From: Veleropilina oligotropha | Lineage: Eukaryota | NCBI GenBank assembly: GCA_048128005.1 | Contig: JBEUKZ010000009.1 | Coordinates: 186,001-250,000, forward strand | DNA: 64,000 bases | Direction: 5' to 3' | Shown: in pieces, positions 40,220 through 50,197 of the stretch | Layout: every line of letters begins with the position of its first letter | Numbering within the stretch: position 1 is the stretch's first letter | Position numbers and translations under genes: made by a program | The notes under the pieces: model-generated | Seen by the model: the letters and a program-made list of their open reading frames with translations, nothing else | Told to the model about the DNA's origin: nothing | The model's database searches: none

Positions 40220-40459
40220 CTACTTCAAAACGTCGGCTGGTATGATGCCCTGCTTGATCAGCATGTCCTTCGTCGCCATGGCGAGCGCTACGTCGAGGAC
40301 GACCATCCCAACATCGTACCCAGTGAAGTCCAGCTTGGGGCTCGCCCCCTTGAATACCATTTTTCCCAGGCGTGCGTAGCCTATGGCAAGGCCTGACACT
40401 ATAGCTGCGTGATATACAGCATTGCCGAGCATCTTTCCATCAGTAATCGGGGTAGTCAT
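40220..40459 (-). CDS. Small hydrophobic viral protein, 79 aa
   Basis: Two amphipathic/hydrophobic helices; part of the co-oriented gene block. Confidence 0.7.
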   Translation of the reverse strand: MTTPITDGKMLGNAVYHAAIVSGLAIGYARLGKMVFKGASPKLDFTGYDVGMVVLDVALAMATKDMLIKQGIIPADVLK

Positions 40460-40473
40460 GTTTCGTACTGAGA

Positions 40474-40977
40474 CTATCGCATATGGAACGGGTTGTGCCT
40501 AGTCTTCAATTCGGTGGTGGTTGGGGTGGGCGGGGGCTGCCTGGCGTCCGCGACTGGTGGCTGTTGATGTGGTGTGGATGGACCAGGGTTGTTGCGTCTC
40601 CAGACAACAAATACCAATGCAACCGTACCGGCAGCAACGGCTACCTGGGTCCAATTAAATTTTGGGTCCGATTTCCGTGTAGCTGACTTTTCGACAGCGG
40701 TCACCTCGGCCGGGGTATTACCACTGTGTTTTTGTTGTTGGGGCTGTGCCTCCGGTAGGTCTGAAGGAACTTCGCTGACGGATACTTGTCGAGCGTCTTC
40801 TTTGAGTCTTCTAACGTCAGCAAGGAGCCTCTCCTGCTTGACTTTCCGAGCAGCAGCACCGGCCCGACCCGCAGCCACCTTCTTAGGGTCCTTTTTACTC
40901 ACTGATGAGTCTGTCGAAGAAGTCACCCTCTCTATCGGCGGGCTCTCGATCATTTGGTCCACTTCCGGCGTTGTCAT
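40474..40977 (-). CDS. Viral protein with basic KKDPKKVAAGRAGAAARK motif and one TM segment (alternative ATG at 41019)
   Basis: TM-like VAVAAGTVALVFVVW, Pro-rich tail. Confidence 0.7.
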   Translation of the reverse strand: MTTPEVDQMIESPPIERVTSSTDSSVSKKDPKKVAAGRAGAAARKVKQERLLADVRRLKEDARQVSVSEVPSDLPEAQPQQQKHSGNTPAEVTAVEKSATRKSDPKFNWTQVAVAAGTVALVFVVWRRNNPGPSTPHQQPPVADARQPPPTPTTTELKTRHNPFHMR

Positions 40978-41641
40978 CTCGCTCTCGCTCTGATATTTTA
41001 GGCGGGCAAACATGTCCAAATTGGCAGTGCTTCGCAGTGGTCAACACTGCGGTCAGCGGCGCTAGCCACATGCCATACTTATAATACAGCTCACAGCTTG
41101 CACCGCGGAGAGCATGGGCGATGAAAGGATCGGCCTCGAGGTCAGCGACCAGACGTGGTTGGTTCTCCGGCGGAATGGGCAAGAACATCCCAGCTGCACC
41201 CGCATACAGCTGTATAGCGGCAGTCCCCAGGGTCTTCGTCATGTCAGCACCTAGCTTCGCTTCATACCGTGCGTGGTGTTTCTCAATCTCGTCGTCAGTC
41301 ATATCGTCGATTCGGTCAACTGTGAGGTTTCTCCCCAAGTATTTGCTGGCATCCCCTCCGATGGCTAACGCGGCAAGCCTCTCCCGTTTCTTTGCCATCC
41401 CTATGGAGCCACTGACAGGTTCCTCGTGCTGCGAGCAGCGTTTGGTCGTCGAGCCATGGCCGCCCACGGTCGTTTCTTCCTCGTCGTCCATGAGTTGATC
41501 GATAAGGCTGTCCATCCTTAAGCGTTTCCAACATCTCCTCGCCAGTCTAATATAGCGATAATGCCAATAACACAACGTTACGAGTAGCAACAATACCAGG
41601 CTCTGGCTGCAAGCAAAAGCTAGATATACAGCGTCCGACAT
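40895..41641 (-). CDS. Hypothetical viral protein, 248 aa (N-terminal TM; may start at internal MDSLIDQ)
   Basis: Long open frame in the minus-strand block; LEADPFI...YYKYGMWLAPL segment. Confidence 0.7.
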   Translation of the reverse strand: MSDAVYLAFACSQSLVLLLLVTLCYWHYRYIRLARRCWKRLRMDSLIDQLMDDEEETTVGGHGSTTKRCSQHEEPVSGSIGMAKKRERLAALAIGGDASKYLGRNLTVDRIDDMTDDEIEKHHARYEAKLGADMTKTLGTAAIQLYAGAAGMFLPIPPENQPRLVADLEADPFIAHALRGASCELYYKYGMWLAPLTAVLTTAKHCQFGHVCPPKISERERDDNAGSGPNDREPADREGDFFDRLISE

Positions 41642-41682
41642 GCGAGAGCTTGCTCAGGAGATGCTCAGTAGACTACAGCTTG

Positions 41683-42324
41683 CTAAAGCACACTATAAGC
41701 AACGGGCTGATCAGTTTTCAACAGAAGCTTAGCGTGTCGGGTCTCGGCCAACAGCCGGCGCACCGCGGTCCGTTCATCCTGTGACTGAATGACATCGTTC
41801 TCGCGAAGGCAGTCTTCATAACTGTCGCGGTCCTTGCAGTGAAACAAAACGACAAAGCGGATCTGCTCCCGAAACTCCTTCAGGATCGAGTTGTACTTCT
41901 GCGTCACCACCCACACACTCTGAGCGGCGTGCCTCCCGCTAAAAGCCAGCTCAGTCAGCATATCCCTCCTCTTGGCTAGGGCCTTGCTGGCGGCGCAGTC
42001 GTCGATGATGTATAGGGTTGATTCTCCCTGGAACAGTCGGTAGAACCCCCGCAACCAATCATGGAGCCGCTCACCGGGGGGGATCAAGTACACCTCAGGG
42101 TCGGTCCAGATCCATGGGCATGACTGGTATGCCTGATTGAACTTGATCGTTGGGCATAGAATGACAATGTGCTTGAACACTCCTAAGTACTCCCCCTCGA
42201 GAAGTTCAAGTATAAACAAGGTCTTCCCGCAGCCGGTCTGGCCGCAGATGATCGCGGAGTGGGGGTCCTTGGGGTGGGGGAACCGTCTACTAGTACAGCG
42301 CGGTGACAAATCGGCCATTTTCAA
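41683..42324 (-). CDS. A32/FtsK-HerA family DNA packaging ATPase
   Basis: Walker A GQTGCGKT, Walker B YIIDD, and SGRH...VVTQKY (Arg finger plus Gln) characteristic of this family. Confidence 0.93.
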   Translation of the reverse strand: MKMADLSPRCTSRRFPHPKDPHSAIICGQTGCGKTLFILELLEGEYLGVFKHIVILCPTIKFNQAYQSCPWIWTDPEVYLIPPGERLHDWLRGFYRLFQGESTLYIIDDCAASKALAKRRDMLTELAFSGRHAAQSVWVVTQKYNSILKEFREQIRFVVLFHCKDRDSYEDCLRENDVIQSQDERTAVRRLLAETRHAKLLLKTDQPVAYSVL

Positions 42325-43594
42325 TATGCAGCTGCGCGTCCATTATCACGAACATGTAGACGTTCAACGGGCCGGCGGCTTCGCCTGTCTTCGTGATCTG
42401 AATCGTAATGCCCTCGCTGGCGTTATCTACTTTCCGGCCTGACCCATGCAGCTCGTCGTCGTCGGTAACTCTGAGGTCGATCCAGAGTGCGAACTTTTTC
42501 GTCAGAAACTCGCCCAGGGTGACGTCCGCCAGCACCAAGTCCTTGGCAACCATCGCGACCTCAGGATGGCGTTTGCTGATCGGAGAGGAGGCGAAGAATC
42601 TCCTGGCTTCGTCCCACATCTGGTAGGAACGCATGCCCTGGCTGTATAGTTGATTCGGCACACCCTCAATAGTGACCTCGACCTTCGGGATCTTCGGATT
42701 GTAGAAGGCCTCGGTGTCCCTCGCGAATGGTACGGCGTCTCTCGCGGGATCCTCGAACAGAAATAGGATACCCTTCATGGATTTCGCCGGTACATTCAAA
42801 TTTAAATTCCACAAAGTGTCACTCTTGTCTCTCGTAATCTTACGATGCCGCAGGACACGATCGTACAGGATCACGAGGCGGCCCGAGTATTGGTTTTTTA
42901 TCGATCTGGCAAGCTCAAGATTAGTGACCATGTCGTATTCCAGGCTGATATTGTCGATGACGTAGCTGGAGCTGGGGTCATCGGTGTCCCTGATTGTCCG
43001 GGAGTAGTCGTTGAACGTAAGCTCGTACTCAAGACGGTCCCCCAACGCACTTTGGTAGAACGGCATGTGGCTCTCCAGCAACTCGAAGTCCAGCGGGATG
43101 CGAAACCTTGGGCCGTACGCGTCCGATATAGCTGTGTCCTCAGAACGTCTGAATGCGCCCTCAGCGCCGACACGGTTCTTCGTAGTGTTGTGGCTGTCGC
43201 TGGTATCAATACCCTGATATTGGGCATTCTTGCGCTCCCCTGCGGTCTTCCAGAGATCGCAGTAGCAGTGGTACACGTCGGAGTCATCTATAGACATGAC
43301 TTCGTTCCCACTAATCTTAATCGTGGTCTTTTTGATCACGGCGCGTCCGATATTCTGAACTACAGTTCTGTTCGGGTTAGCCGAGGTCAGAGAAATGGTA
43401 AATGCGAGGTGGGCCGTCCCTGGCACGATTACGTCGTGAGTCCCGAGATTCGGGAACCGAACCAACAGCTGCTGGTTGGCAGCAATAGTGGATGGGTTGT
43501 TCGTTATCGTGACCGACTGGCGGACCCCTTTCACCCCAAGAGGCTCTCGAAGTCTGCGGTATGGATTCAACGTGCGTCCATACGTGCTGGCCAT
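42290..43594 (-). CDS. Major capsid protein (double jelly-roll, inferred), 434 aa, intact
   Basis: Size, beta-rich sequence and adjacency to the packaging ATPase. N-terminus NPYRRLREPLGVKGVRQSVTITNNPSTI resembles invertebrate Polinton-like MCPs as I recall them. Confidence 0.8.
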   Translation of the reverse strand: MASTYGRTLNPYRRLREPLGVKGVRQSVTITNNPSTIAANQQLLVRFPNLGTHDVIVPGTAHLAFTISLTSANPNRTVVQNIGRAVIKKTTIKISGNEVMSIDDSDVYHCYCDLWKTAGERKNAQYQGIDTSDSHNTTKNRVGAEGAFRRSEDTAISDAYGPRFRIPLDFELLESHMPFYQSALGDRLEYELTFNDYSRTIRDTDDPSSSYVIDNISLEYDMVTNLELARSIKNQYSGRLVILYDRVLRHRKITRDKSDTLWNLNLNVPAKSMKGILFLFEDPARDAVPFARDTEAFYNPKIPKVEVTIEGVPNQLYSQGMRSYQMWDEARRFFASSPISKRHPEVAMVAKDLVLADVTLGEFLTKKFALWIDLRVTDDDELHGSGRKVDNASEGITIQITKTGEAAGPLNVYMFVIMDAQLHIENGRFVTALY

Positions 43595-43606
43595 GTTGTT
43601 GTCGCT

Positions 43607-44949
43607 ATGGCTGATTTAGATGCGTATCCCAGCTTGAGTATTCAAATGGCGGAATTTGAGAACCCCACATTCGAGCCCGACATCGTCGACGATGATGGTG
43701 AGGTTGGATCCACGGACTGGATTGAGCCTGTTCTTTCGGAACGGCCACAGGAAGGAACCAGCAGTCAGCGGCAAGAGTTAGTGAAGGACGCGGTTGATGG
43801 CTACTACGAAGCCCTGTTGGAGGGGCAGACCCCGCCCCCGTGGCGTGATTATTCCCAGTTCGAGTACGTGGAGGAGGAGGGATTGCGGCTGAAGAAATAT
43901 CCAAACATCGATCTCATCAATTCTAGAACGAAAAAACCCAATGCTTTGTCAACACTAGCTAACCGGAGAGGTGGGGGTAAAGCGATCAGAAAGGGGTTGG
44001 GTTTTGAACACTGGACGCGGCCAGAGAAGCGGGGGAAAGGGGGAAAGGGGGACAAAAGCTGTCCTCAAAAGCGGTTGCAGCTCTGCAGACAGCCAACAAT
44101 GAGTTGAGCGGTGCGGCGGCCAATGTCGAAAACGTAGAACTGCAGGACTTGGGGCAGACCGCGACAACGGCCTCAGCAGCGATCCACAACATGGAGACGG
44201 AGTTCACCGACGCCGAGGTTGAAGAGTTCTTGAACTCTGTGGAGGGGGACCCCCCTCCATTCAATCTTCGTGAGCTTCGTGGGCTGGACAAGGCGATGCA
44301 GACCATTCGAGGCGAGCTCACTAACAACTTAGCCAAGCTAACGGCGCTGGACGAACACATAGAGCTGGAGAAGAGCAAGCTCGATCAGGCAGATGAAGAG
44401 GGCGGTGTGGAAGATTTTGTACGTCGACGGATTGCGGAACGTCTGCGCAACTTAAACGATGAACGAGCAGCTCGCCTCGAGGCAGCCGGATCCAGCCGGG
44501 AGGCCCTACGCTCTCAAATCAGCCGGATCCGAGAGATGCTAGATCGGATTCTCCACTCTGACACAACGCTGGCCGAGCGTATTCGGACCCTCTTCCGAGA
44601 GCAAGGGGTTACGATCGCAACCATACTGACCGCTATTGGGTTGGCCATCTCGACTTTGGTACTAGCCCTGACAGGCGGAGCGCCGAGCATCGCACCAACA
44701 CCACCACCTCCCAGTGGTCAGGGGGGGGTCAAGGAGTGGGTCAAAAAGCAGCTGCAGAACCTGGGACGGATTCTAGGCAAACTAGCGGGGAAGGCCGCAG
44801 CCGCGCTCCCCGGAATACTTGGAAGCCTGATTTCCTGGCTAATCAATCTGGTTGGCAAGACTGCGTCGTGGCTCGCCGAGAATCTGTGGGCTGTGATTAT
44901 ATCTGTTGGGGGCTTGCTTCTTATTGCCGCTAGACAGTGGGTCACGTAA
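43607..44949 (+). pseudogene. Coiled-coil + C-terminal membrane protein, one frame change at 44031-44047 (alternative ATG at 43646)
   Basis: MAEFENPTFEPD... continues into GQKLSSKAVAALQTANNEL... in the -1 frame. Long heptad region, then hydrophobic GVTIATILTAIGLAISTLVLALTGG and LWAVIISVGGLLLI. Confidence 0.75.
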
Positions 44950-46199
44950 GCCAGATGAACGCTAGGCCAACGACAATGCCGCCCACGATAAGTGCGGTTT
45001 TCTCCTCGTCATGTGCCACAGCTGCCCCCCCCCCGCCGCGGCCACAGCCGGCGAAGCATTTGGATGCTTCGGAGCATCTGCCCGTAAGACTGCGACCTCG
45101 TCTTGTGGGACGACCAGTCCTGTTTCTCCAGTCTCCCCAGTGGCGTTGAGCGGCACACTGGCCGCATTGACAGTCATATTAAGACCTAGGGTCTGGTCTT
45201 CCGTGGCGACGACGATCTCGTTGTTATAACCAGCCACCTGCCCGATCCGTAGAAGCATGTTACTTGGCGCCATATAAAGGCCTACGCCGAAGACGAAGTC
45301 TACTTTGGACCTCGCATACTGTAGCACCTCCTGGTACCGTTTGATTGCTGCTGGGAGGTCCACCGGACGTTCGCCAGGTACTGTTTCTGTGCGTCAAACG
45401 CCATCCCACTACCCAGAATGCCTGCACGCGTTTGAGCCTGCGCTCCAAGAATCGCCCAGACGTAGGTCCTGATGGAGTCATTGAGCCTCTCCACGCCGGC
45501 CCGGGTAAACCCCACTGACCTGTCCAGAATAAAAGTAGCCCACGAAGTGCCTGCATCCTGTGCTATATAGTCCACATGCAGATTCGTGTTGGTCGTACCT
45601 TTGGTGAAGGACATTCGGCTTGGATCATACTCACGTCCGATGGGGTGGTAGCCGTTGTTCGTCCAGTAGCTGTAAGCGGTGCCTAGTCCGCCGTTGGGAC
45701 CCTTGACACGCCAGTCGGTATGTGGGGACACTCCGAATTCGCTGCAGATCTTTTCATATGCCCTTCGGTCATACGGGGTGTCGAACGCGTCCCACGTCAC
45801 GTCTTGAGGCAGCGGGGCCTGAATCTCGGTCAAGATCCTTCTGACCTGATAGTAGACGTGGAAGGTGAATACCGCAGTGGAGAGGGGGTCGGTCGCATTC
45901 AAGTGGTCTTCTGAGGAGATCCCGGAACCTGTTGTAGCACACCAGACTGCGAAATTGACCTTGTTCTGCCAGAACTGCATCGGCGTGGTCTGCCAAGCTC
46001 TTATCAGTCGGTCACTCGCGACATGTGGGAGGCGATACTTTTGAAATACGTCGGGATAGTCTGCCCCGAATGCAGTGGTTGAGCTATTACCCACATTGAT
46101 GCTTGGTCTCGTAAGCTGCTCATCTTTGATCTGTGCTGGGTACACCACACCGCTCGGATAGGCCGCACTCCTATTAAACGCAAAGGCGCTCTTAGCCAT
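44942..46199 (-). pseudogene. Tail-anchored viral protein, two frameshifts (~45365 and C10 run 45025-45034)
   Basis: ORF 45300-46199 continues as PVDLPAAIKRYQEVL... and finally as AHDEEKTALIVGGIVVGLAFIWLT* (stop 44942-44944). Confidence 0.72.
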
Positions 46200-46206
46200 A
46201 GCTACT

Positions 46207-46941
46207 ATGTTCCATACATTAACGAGTGTTCAAGATGGGACCGCGGTTGCCCTCCTTCAACCGATTGATAACCGGGAGGGCAAGCTATGTGTCAGCTTGC
46301 AGTCGCTCGACTATTGGGTCGGCTGGCACAACGTGCACGCCGGAGCCTTCTTTAAGACCCCCGATACCACGGTCGAGGTGCCGCCAGGTTTCTACAGCTT
46401 CGATGACCTCGCCAAGACGATGAAGAGGTCGCTAAAGAACATACAGCTAGACGTAAGCCATGCTACAGGGCTCGCCCGAATCGTGGTCCCAGAGGGGACC
46501 CGACTCGCGATAAGCGACGATATCAGGAAACTCCTAGGCTTAGACCTTTCTTCGTTCATTCTCGATAAATCGGGGAATCTGAACCCACCCATTGGAGTAC
46601 GGGGCCGACCTCCCCCTCCGGAGAGATCCGAGTGGCTACGCCCTGGGACTTATGACGGGAACAAGCCTGTCGGGTTTGCCATAGCGCCGACCCTACACGT
46701 TCACTTGGATCAGCTCAGTACAACCCACAATGTGAAGGACGGCGCCCCGAGCAATGTTCTCGCGGTGGTCCCTATAACGTCGCAGATGTTCGGTGAGGCA
46801 GGCCACTATCAGAGCTACCCCGCCGGCCGGCGACTACAGGCCGGGTCACTCACCGAATTGAAGGTGTATGTCACAGACGCAGATGGTAACCCGATCGACA
46901 ATCACGGCATGCCCATTACCGCAGTCCTTGCGATACAATGA
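46207..46941 (+). CDS. Minor capsid (penton-like, single jelly-roll) protein, 244 aa, intact
   Basis: VPPGFYSFDDL, DGAPSNVLAVVPI and ELKVYVTDADGNPIDNHGMPITAVL match the Polinton/PLV minor capsid pattern (PxGxY ... DxxGxxID). Confidence 0.78.
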   Translation: MFHTLTSVQDGTAVALLQPIDNREGKLCVSLQSLDYWVGWHNVHAGAFFKTPDTTVEVPPGFYSFDDLAKTMKRSLKNIQLDVSHATGLARIVVPEGTRLAISDDIRKLLGLDLSSFILDKSGNLNPPIGVRGRPPPPERSEWLRPGTYDGNKPVGFAIAPTLHVHLDQLSTTHNVKDGAPSNVLAVVPITSQMFGEAGHYQSYPAGRRLQAGSLTELKVYVTDADGNPIDNHGMPITAVLAIQ

Positions 46942-48312
46942 GCGCCAGCATCTATGGGACCCTCCCCCCCCTCCCCCTGCTTGCAGATGAGCCCTCTTCC
47001 CCAACCCGGTGGCACTTCGTTCTTAATTGTGGGGAAGCGCCCAAGAAGGGGCTGGCGAAGAGGGAGTTCATGATCCCAAACGCTGGAGGTCGGTTTGGGT
47101 TAAACCCAGCCCTCCTAATGATCCACCTGACGCCGGTCCAGCCCGCGGGGGGCCCCAAAGCATGTTCCATAAGTAAGCTTGGCCTGAATTCGGACAGGTT
47201 GACCCTCGTCTTCATCATCAAGGCCCCGTGGGTGGGGACCACAGCCCTCGGAATTAAGGTCGGCATTAGGCAATGCCGACCTCATTGCCGACCTGCAAGC
47301 GTACGAGGTCGGCAAAAATTTGCCGACCTCGATTTATCTTGCTAAAAGGTCTGTTCATATATATTATACTAATTACAATATTTATTCATAACTTGTTAAG
47401 TTGTATCTCTTTACCTACTTTGTATATTGTGCATCCTGGTTGAAATGTTCACCAATAAATCGTTAACATCACAAGTTTTCAACACAAGCGCTCCATTCGC
47501 ACATGTACGCTATTTATAAATTACTAGGTCACGGATTCAAATCGCGTCTCCAAAATAATACGTGCTATGTTTCCAACTTACAATGTGGTAATCTTTCTTA
47601 TGGATAAAATGGCATATAACCAATTTAAGACACCATTTAATGATTAAATATTAATTTAAATAGATTTAGAGACTTATGAACTTTATCCCAGAATTGGGTC
47701 TACTTGTACTTAGTATTTATTCAGATTCAGATACGAACACGCAGCGGTCGGTCGCTGCGGGGTACGCGATTAGTGACCACGGCCAACGGGCAGAAATAAC
47801 GTGTACAATTTGACTTAGCGTGAAACTGCCTGTCATATATTTATTCCACGAGCTTATTGTAAATAAAGATATTTGCTGATTCTATTGTCACTTTATCATC
47901 TACCAAATGGAGATTTAAAAAAAGATTTTGCTACTCAATATTCGTCACGCGAACAGGTGAGGTAAAGGGTAACACGTGCGCGATGCCGCGTGTGTGGGAG
48001 TCTCCCGTTCGCTCAAAATTTAAACAATATCATATGTTGGCTAAATAGCAAATTAATTCAAGATAAATATACAGAGAAACAATGGTTAAAACATTCTTAA
48101 ATTATGTATTTAAACAAGATTTAAGCATTGTGTTAACAGAAAACAGTTTTAAAAAATTTGCCGACCTCGTGCCGACCTGGTTGGACTTGAGGTCGGCAAA
48201 AATTTGCCGACCTGGATTTTTCCTAATTGCGAGGGCTGGGACCATGTATTTGAACGTAACGGTAGACATGGGGAATCAACAGGCTGAACAATACAGCCAC
48301 GTAGTATTGTGA
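46938..48312 (+). pseudogene. 123-aa hypothetical viral gene interrupted by a MITE
   Basis: Removing 47242-48238 plus one TSD joins ...APWVGT to MYLNVTVDMGNQQAEQYSHVVL* in frame. ATGA and TGATG overlaps with neighbouring genes. Confidence 0.7.
47242..48238. mobile_element. hAT-like MITE (997 bp) inserted in the virus
   Basis: GGACCA|CAGCCCTCGGAATTA ... TAATTGCGAGGGCTG|GGACCA. Subterminal palindromes GAGGTCGGCAAAAATTTGCCGACCT; AT-rich interior. Confidence 0.85.
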
Positions 48313-48942
48313 TGGACAGCAAGCCATCAGCGCCAACGCTGTACCCACATCTTGATGGCGATGTGCTTTCGGAAGTTCCGGAGGCACAGTCTTTCCGACT
48401 GCAAAAAGTGAATGAGCTTCAGGGAGTTAGAACGAGAACGAGACACAAGAGCTGCACTATATAAAAAATACCGCCGAGGCGTTAACGTCGTTGACGGGAT
48501 CGATTCGGCCCTGGTCGTGGCGACCCTCGGTATGGGTAGCGCTGGAATTGGTCTACTTTCCACAATCGTTGCCGCACCTGTGGTCCTAGTGCTGGAATTA
48601 GCGGCGTTAGGGTGTGGGCTCGCTAGTATGGGTGGAAAATACATTAGCCGACGCCTCGGGGTGAAGGCGAAAAAACACGACGAGATCCGAGTACTGGCCG
48701 AGAGCAAACTGAATACCATAACCGACCACGTCTCAAAGGCCTTAGCGGACGGGGTGATGTCTGATGATGAATTCCAAATGGTCACAGGGGAGATGGAAAA
48801 GTATCTGACATTGAAAGCCGCCCTGCGTCTCAAAAGTCTAAAGGCGCACACCGCGATTTCACAGACCCAGAGCGAGCTTATTGAGCGTGGTCGTAAAGAG
48901 GGTCGCGCAGAGCTGCTGAAAAAAATCGGAGCTGGCGACTAA
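48312..48942 (+). pseudogene. Two-TM hairpin membrane protein, frameshift near 48420
   Basis: MDSKPSAPTLYPHL...FRLQKVNELQ shifts into RELERERDTRAALYKKYRR... followed by a Gly/Ala-rich hydrophobic hairpin and a helical C-terminus. Confidence 0.72.
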
Positions 48943-49023
48943 CTATCCAGGTGGAGCGTGGGGTGGGTGGGGACCCCCCTCCCCCGTATTAAAGCTTGAA
49001 CTGGACAGTGATATCTGACAACC

Positions 49024-49452
49024 ATGAAATCCATGCTACTTCTGTGCATTGCCGCGGTGTGCTGGCTAGGGGGTGTCTCCACCCAGACGTCGACACACAA
49101 CACTGCATTAATTCTCGAACACACGTGGGCTAGGTATCGAAATGACCCCCGGTACAATATACGACTGGACCCCTTGCGAAGAAACTTGCGACTACGCCTG
49201 GGAGACCCCCCTGATGTAACCCCACCCTCATGTCACTACTTTATTATCGGAGATAATGAGTGTGGGGTGGGGGCTCCCCCCGACCCACATACTGTGGTTT
49301 GCATCGAGTGCGCCGAGCCGTCCTTATGCCGTGGTAAACGCGGGCATTACTTCTCCATGGTGTCTACGGGCTGCAGGGGTTCGTGGAATCAAATTGGACA
49401 ACAGTCGTCGTGCAATTGCACTCTAGCAAGCGGTAACTATATATTTATATAA
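49024..49452 (+). CDS. Secreted Cys-rich protein, 142 aa
   Basis: Signal-peptide-like MKSMLLLCIAAVCWLGGVST; 8 Cys in the mature C-terminal part, ending CNC. Confidence 0.7.
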   Translation: MKSMLLLCIAAVCWLGGVSTQTSTHNTALILEHTWARYRNDPRYNIRLDPLRRNLRLRLGDPPDVTPPSCHYFIIGDNECGVGAPPDPHTVVCIECAEPSLCRGKRGHYFSMVSTGCRGSWNQIGQQSSCNCTLASGNYIFI

Positions 49453-49473
49453 ACAGCTGTGACCTAACATATT

Positions 49474-49743
49474 TTTCAGGTCGCTGTCGTCGACCCATTG
49501 TCCGATTTATGAATGAAATACCTCGCATCAATAGATATTGTTGGCGCTGAATGCCTAGTCGCGAACGTGCGCATGGATACCTTGGTCGTGTGTAGTATTA
49601 GGCGAATCGCATACTTTTCAGGTCGATCCATTGTCCGATTTATGAATGAAATACCTCGCAGTGCATTTGCGTTGAATGCCTAGTCGAACAGTGCCCATGG
49701 ATACCTTCACATCATGGTCACGTGTATTATTAGGCGAATCGCA
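49474..49743. repeat. Imperfect ~140-bp direct duplication near the right viral end
   Basis: TTTTCAGGTCG...CCATTGTCCGATTTATGAATGAAATACCTCGCA...ATGGATACCTT...TATTAGGCGAATCGCA occurs twice. Confidence 0.8.
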
Positions 49744-50007
49744 AACAGAAATTTCATGCGACAGCTGCGAACTTCGCCGACGTTAGCCCAGTTAAAACTA
49801 GTTGGTCCAGAAACATTATTTTGGTCCCCACACTTCCGATTAGCACAGAAAAAAAAAATCGGTCCCCTTGTTTACGTGGTGGACAGTAATCTCGTCGACC
49901 CATCGTCACGTGGCTTCTCGATAACGGGAGCACTAGGTCAGCCACGGGCTATGAATACACCATTGACACAATACCATTGACACATAGACTATCATAAGCT
50001 ACCTGCT

Positions 50008-50197
50008 CTGTACACAGTGACTTTTTGTAATACACGCTATACCCTCGGGTCTGAACAGGTGCTGGGAGCCCCCACCCCCGGGCCCCACCCTAACTCCCTA
50101 GCCCCCCCCCCCCCCCAGTAATACCAGCTCAGTTCTGAACAGGTGCTGGGAGCCTTATTTTCCCATTCTAAAAAGTCCAATCACCCCCCCTGCTGCT
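50008..50197 (-). repeat. Right terminal inverted repeat
   Basis: Reverse complement of 32932-33116. Confidence 0.92.

Larger units (their letters stand above)
32932..50197. mobile_element. Endogenous Polinton-like/Maverick-type dsDNA virus, 17,266 bp, full length
   Basis: AGCAGCAGGGGG...CCCCCTGCTGCT termini, TIRs and TSD AAATT (32927-32931 / 50198-50202). Intronless, dense, GC-rich ORFs include integrase, packaging ATPase, capsid-like proteins and a PolB-helicase gene. Confidence 0.95.

Noticed and set aside
42845..43606. N-terminal ~250 aa of the 420-aa ORF 42845-44107
   Set aside because: Antisense to the MCP; the plausible protein starts at ATG 43607 or 43646.
47242..48238. C-terminus of ORF 46938-47345 and N-terminus of ORF 48082-48312
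   Set aside because: These parts are MITE sequence; the real gene is the rejoined 123-aa frame.
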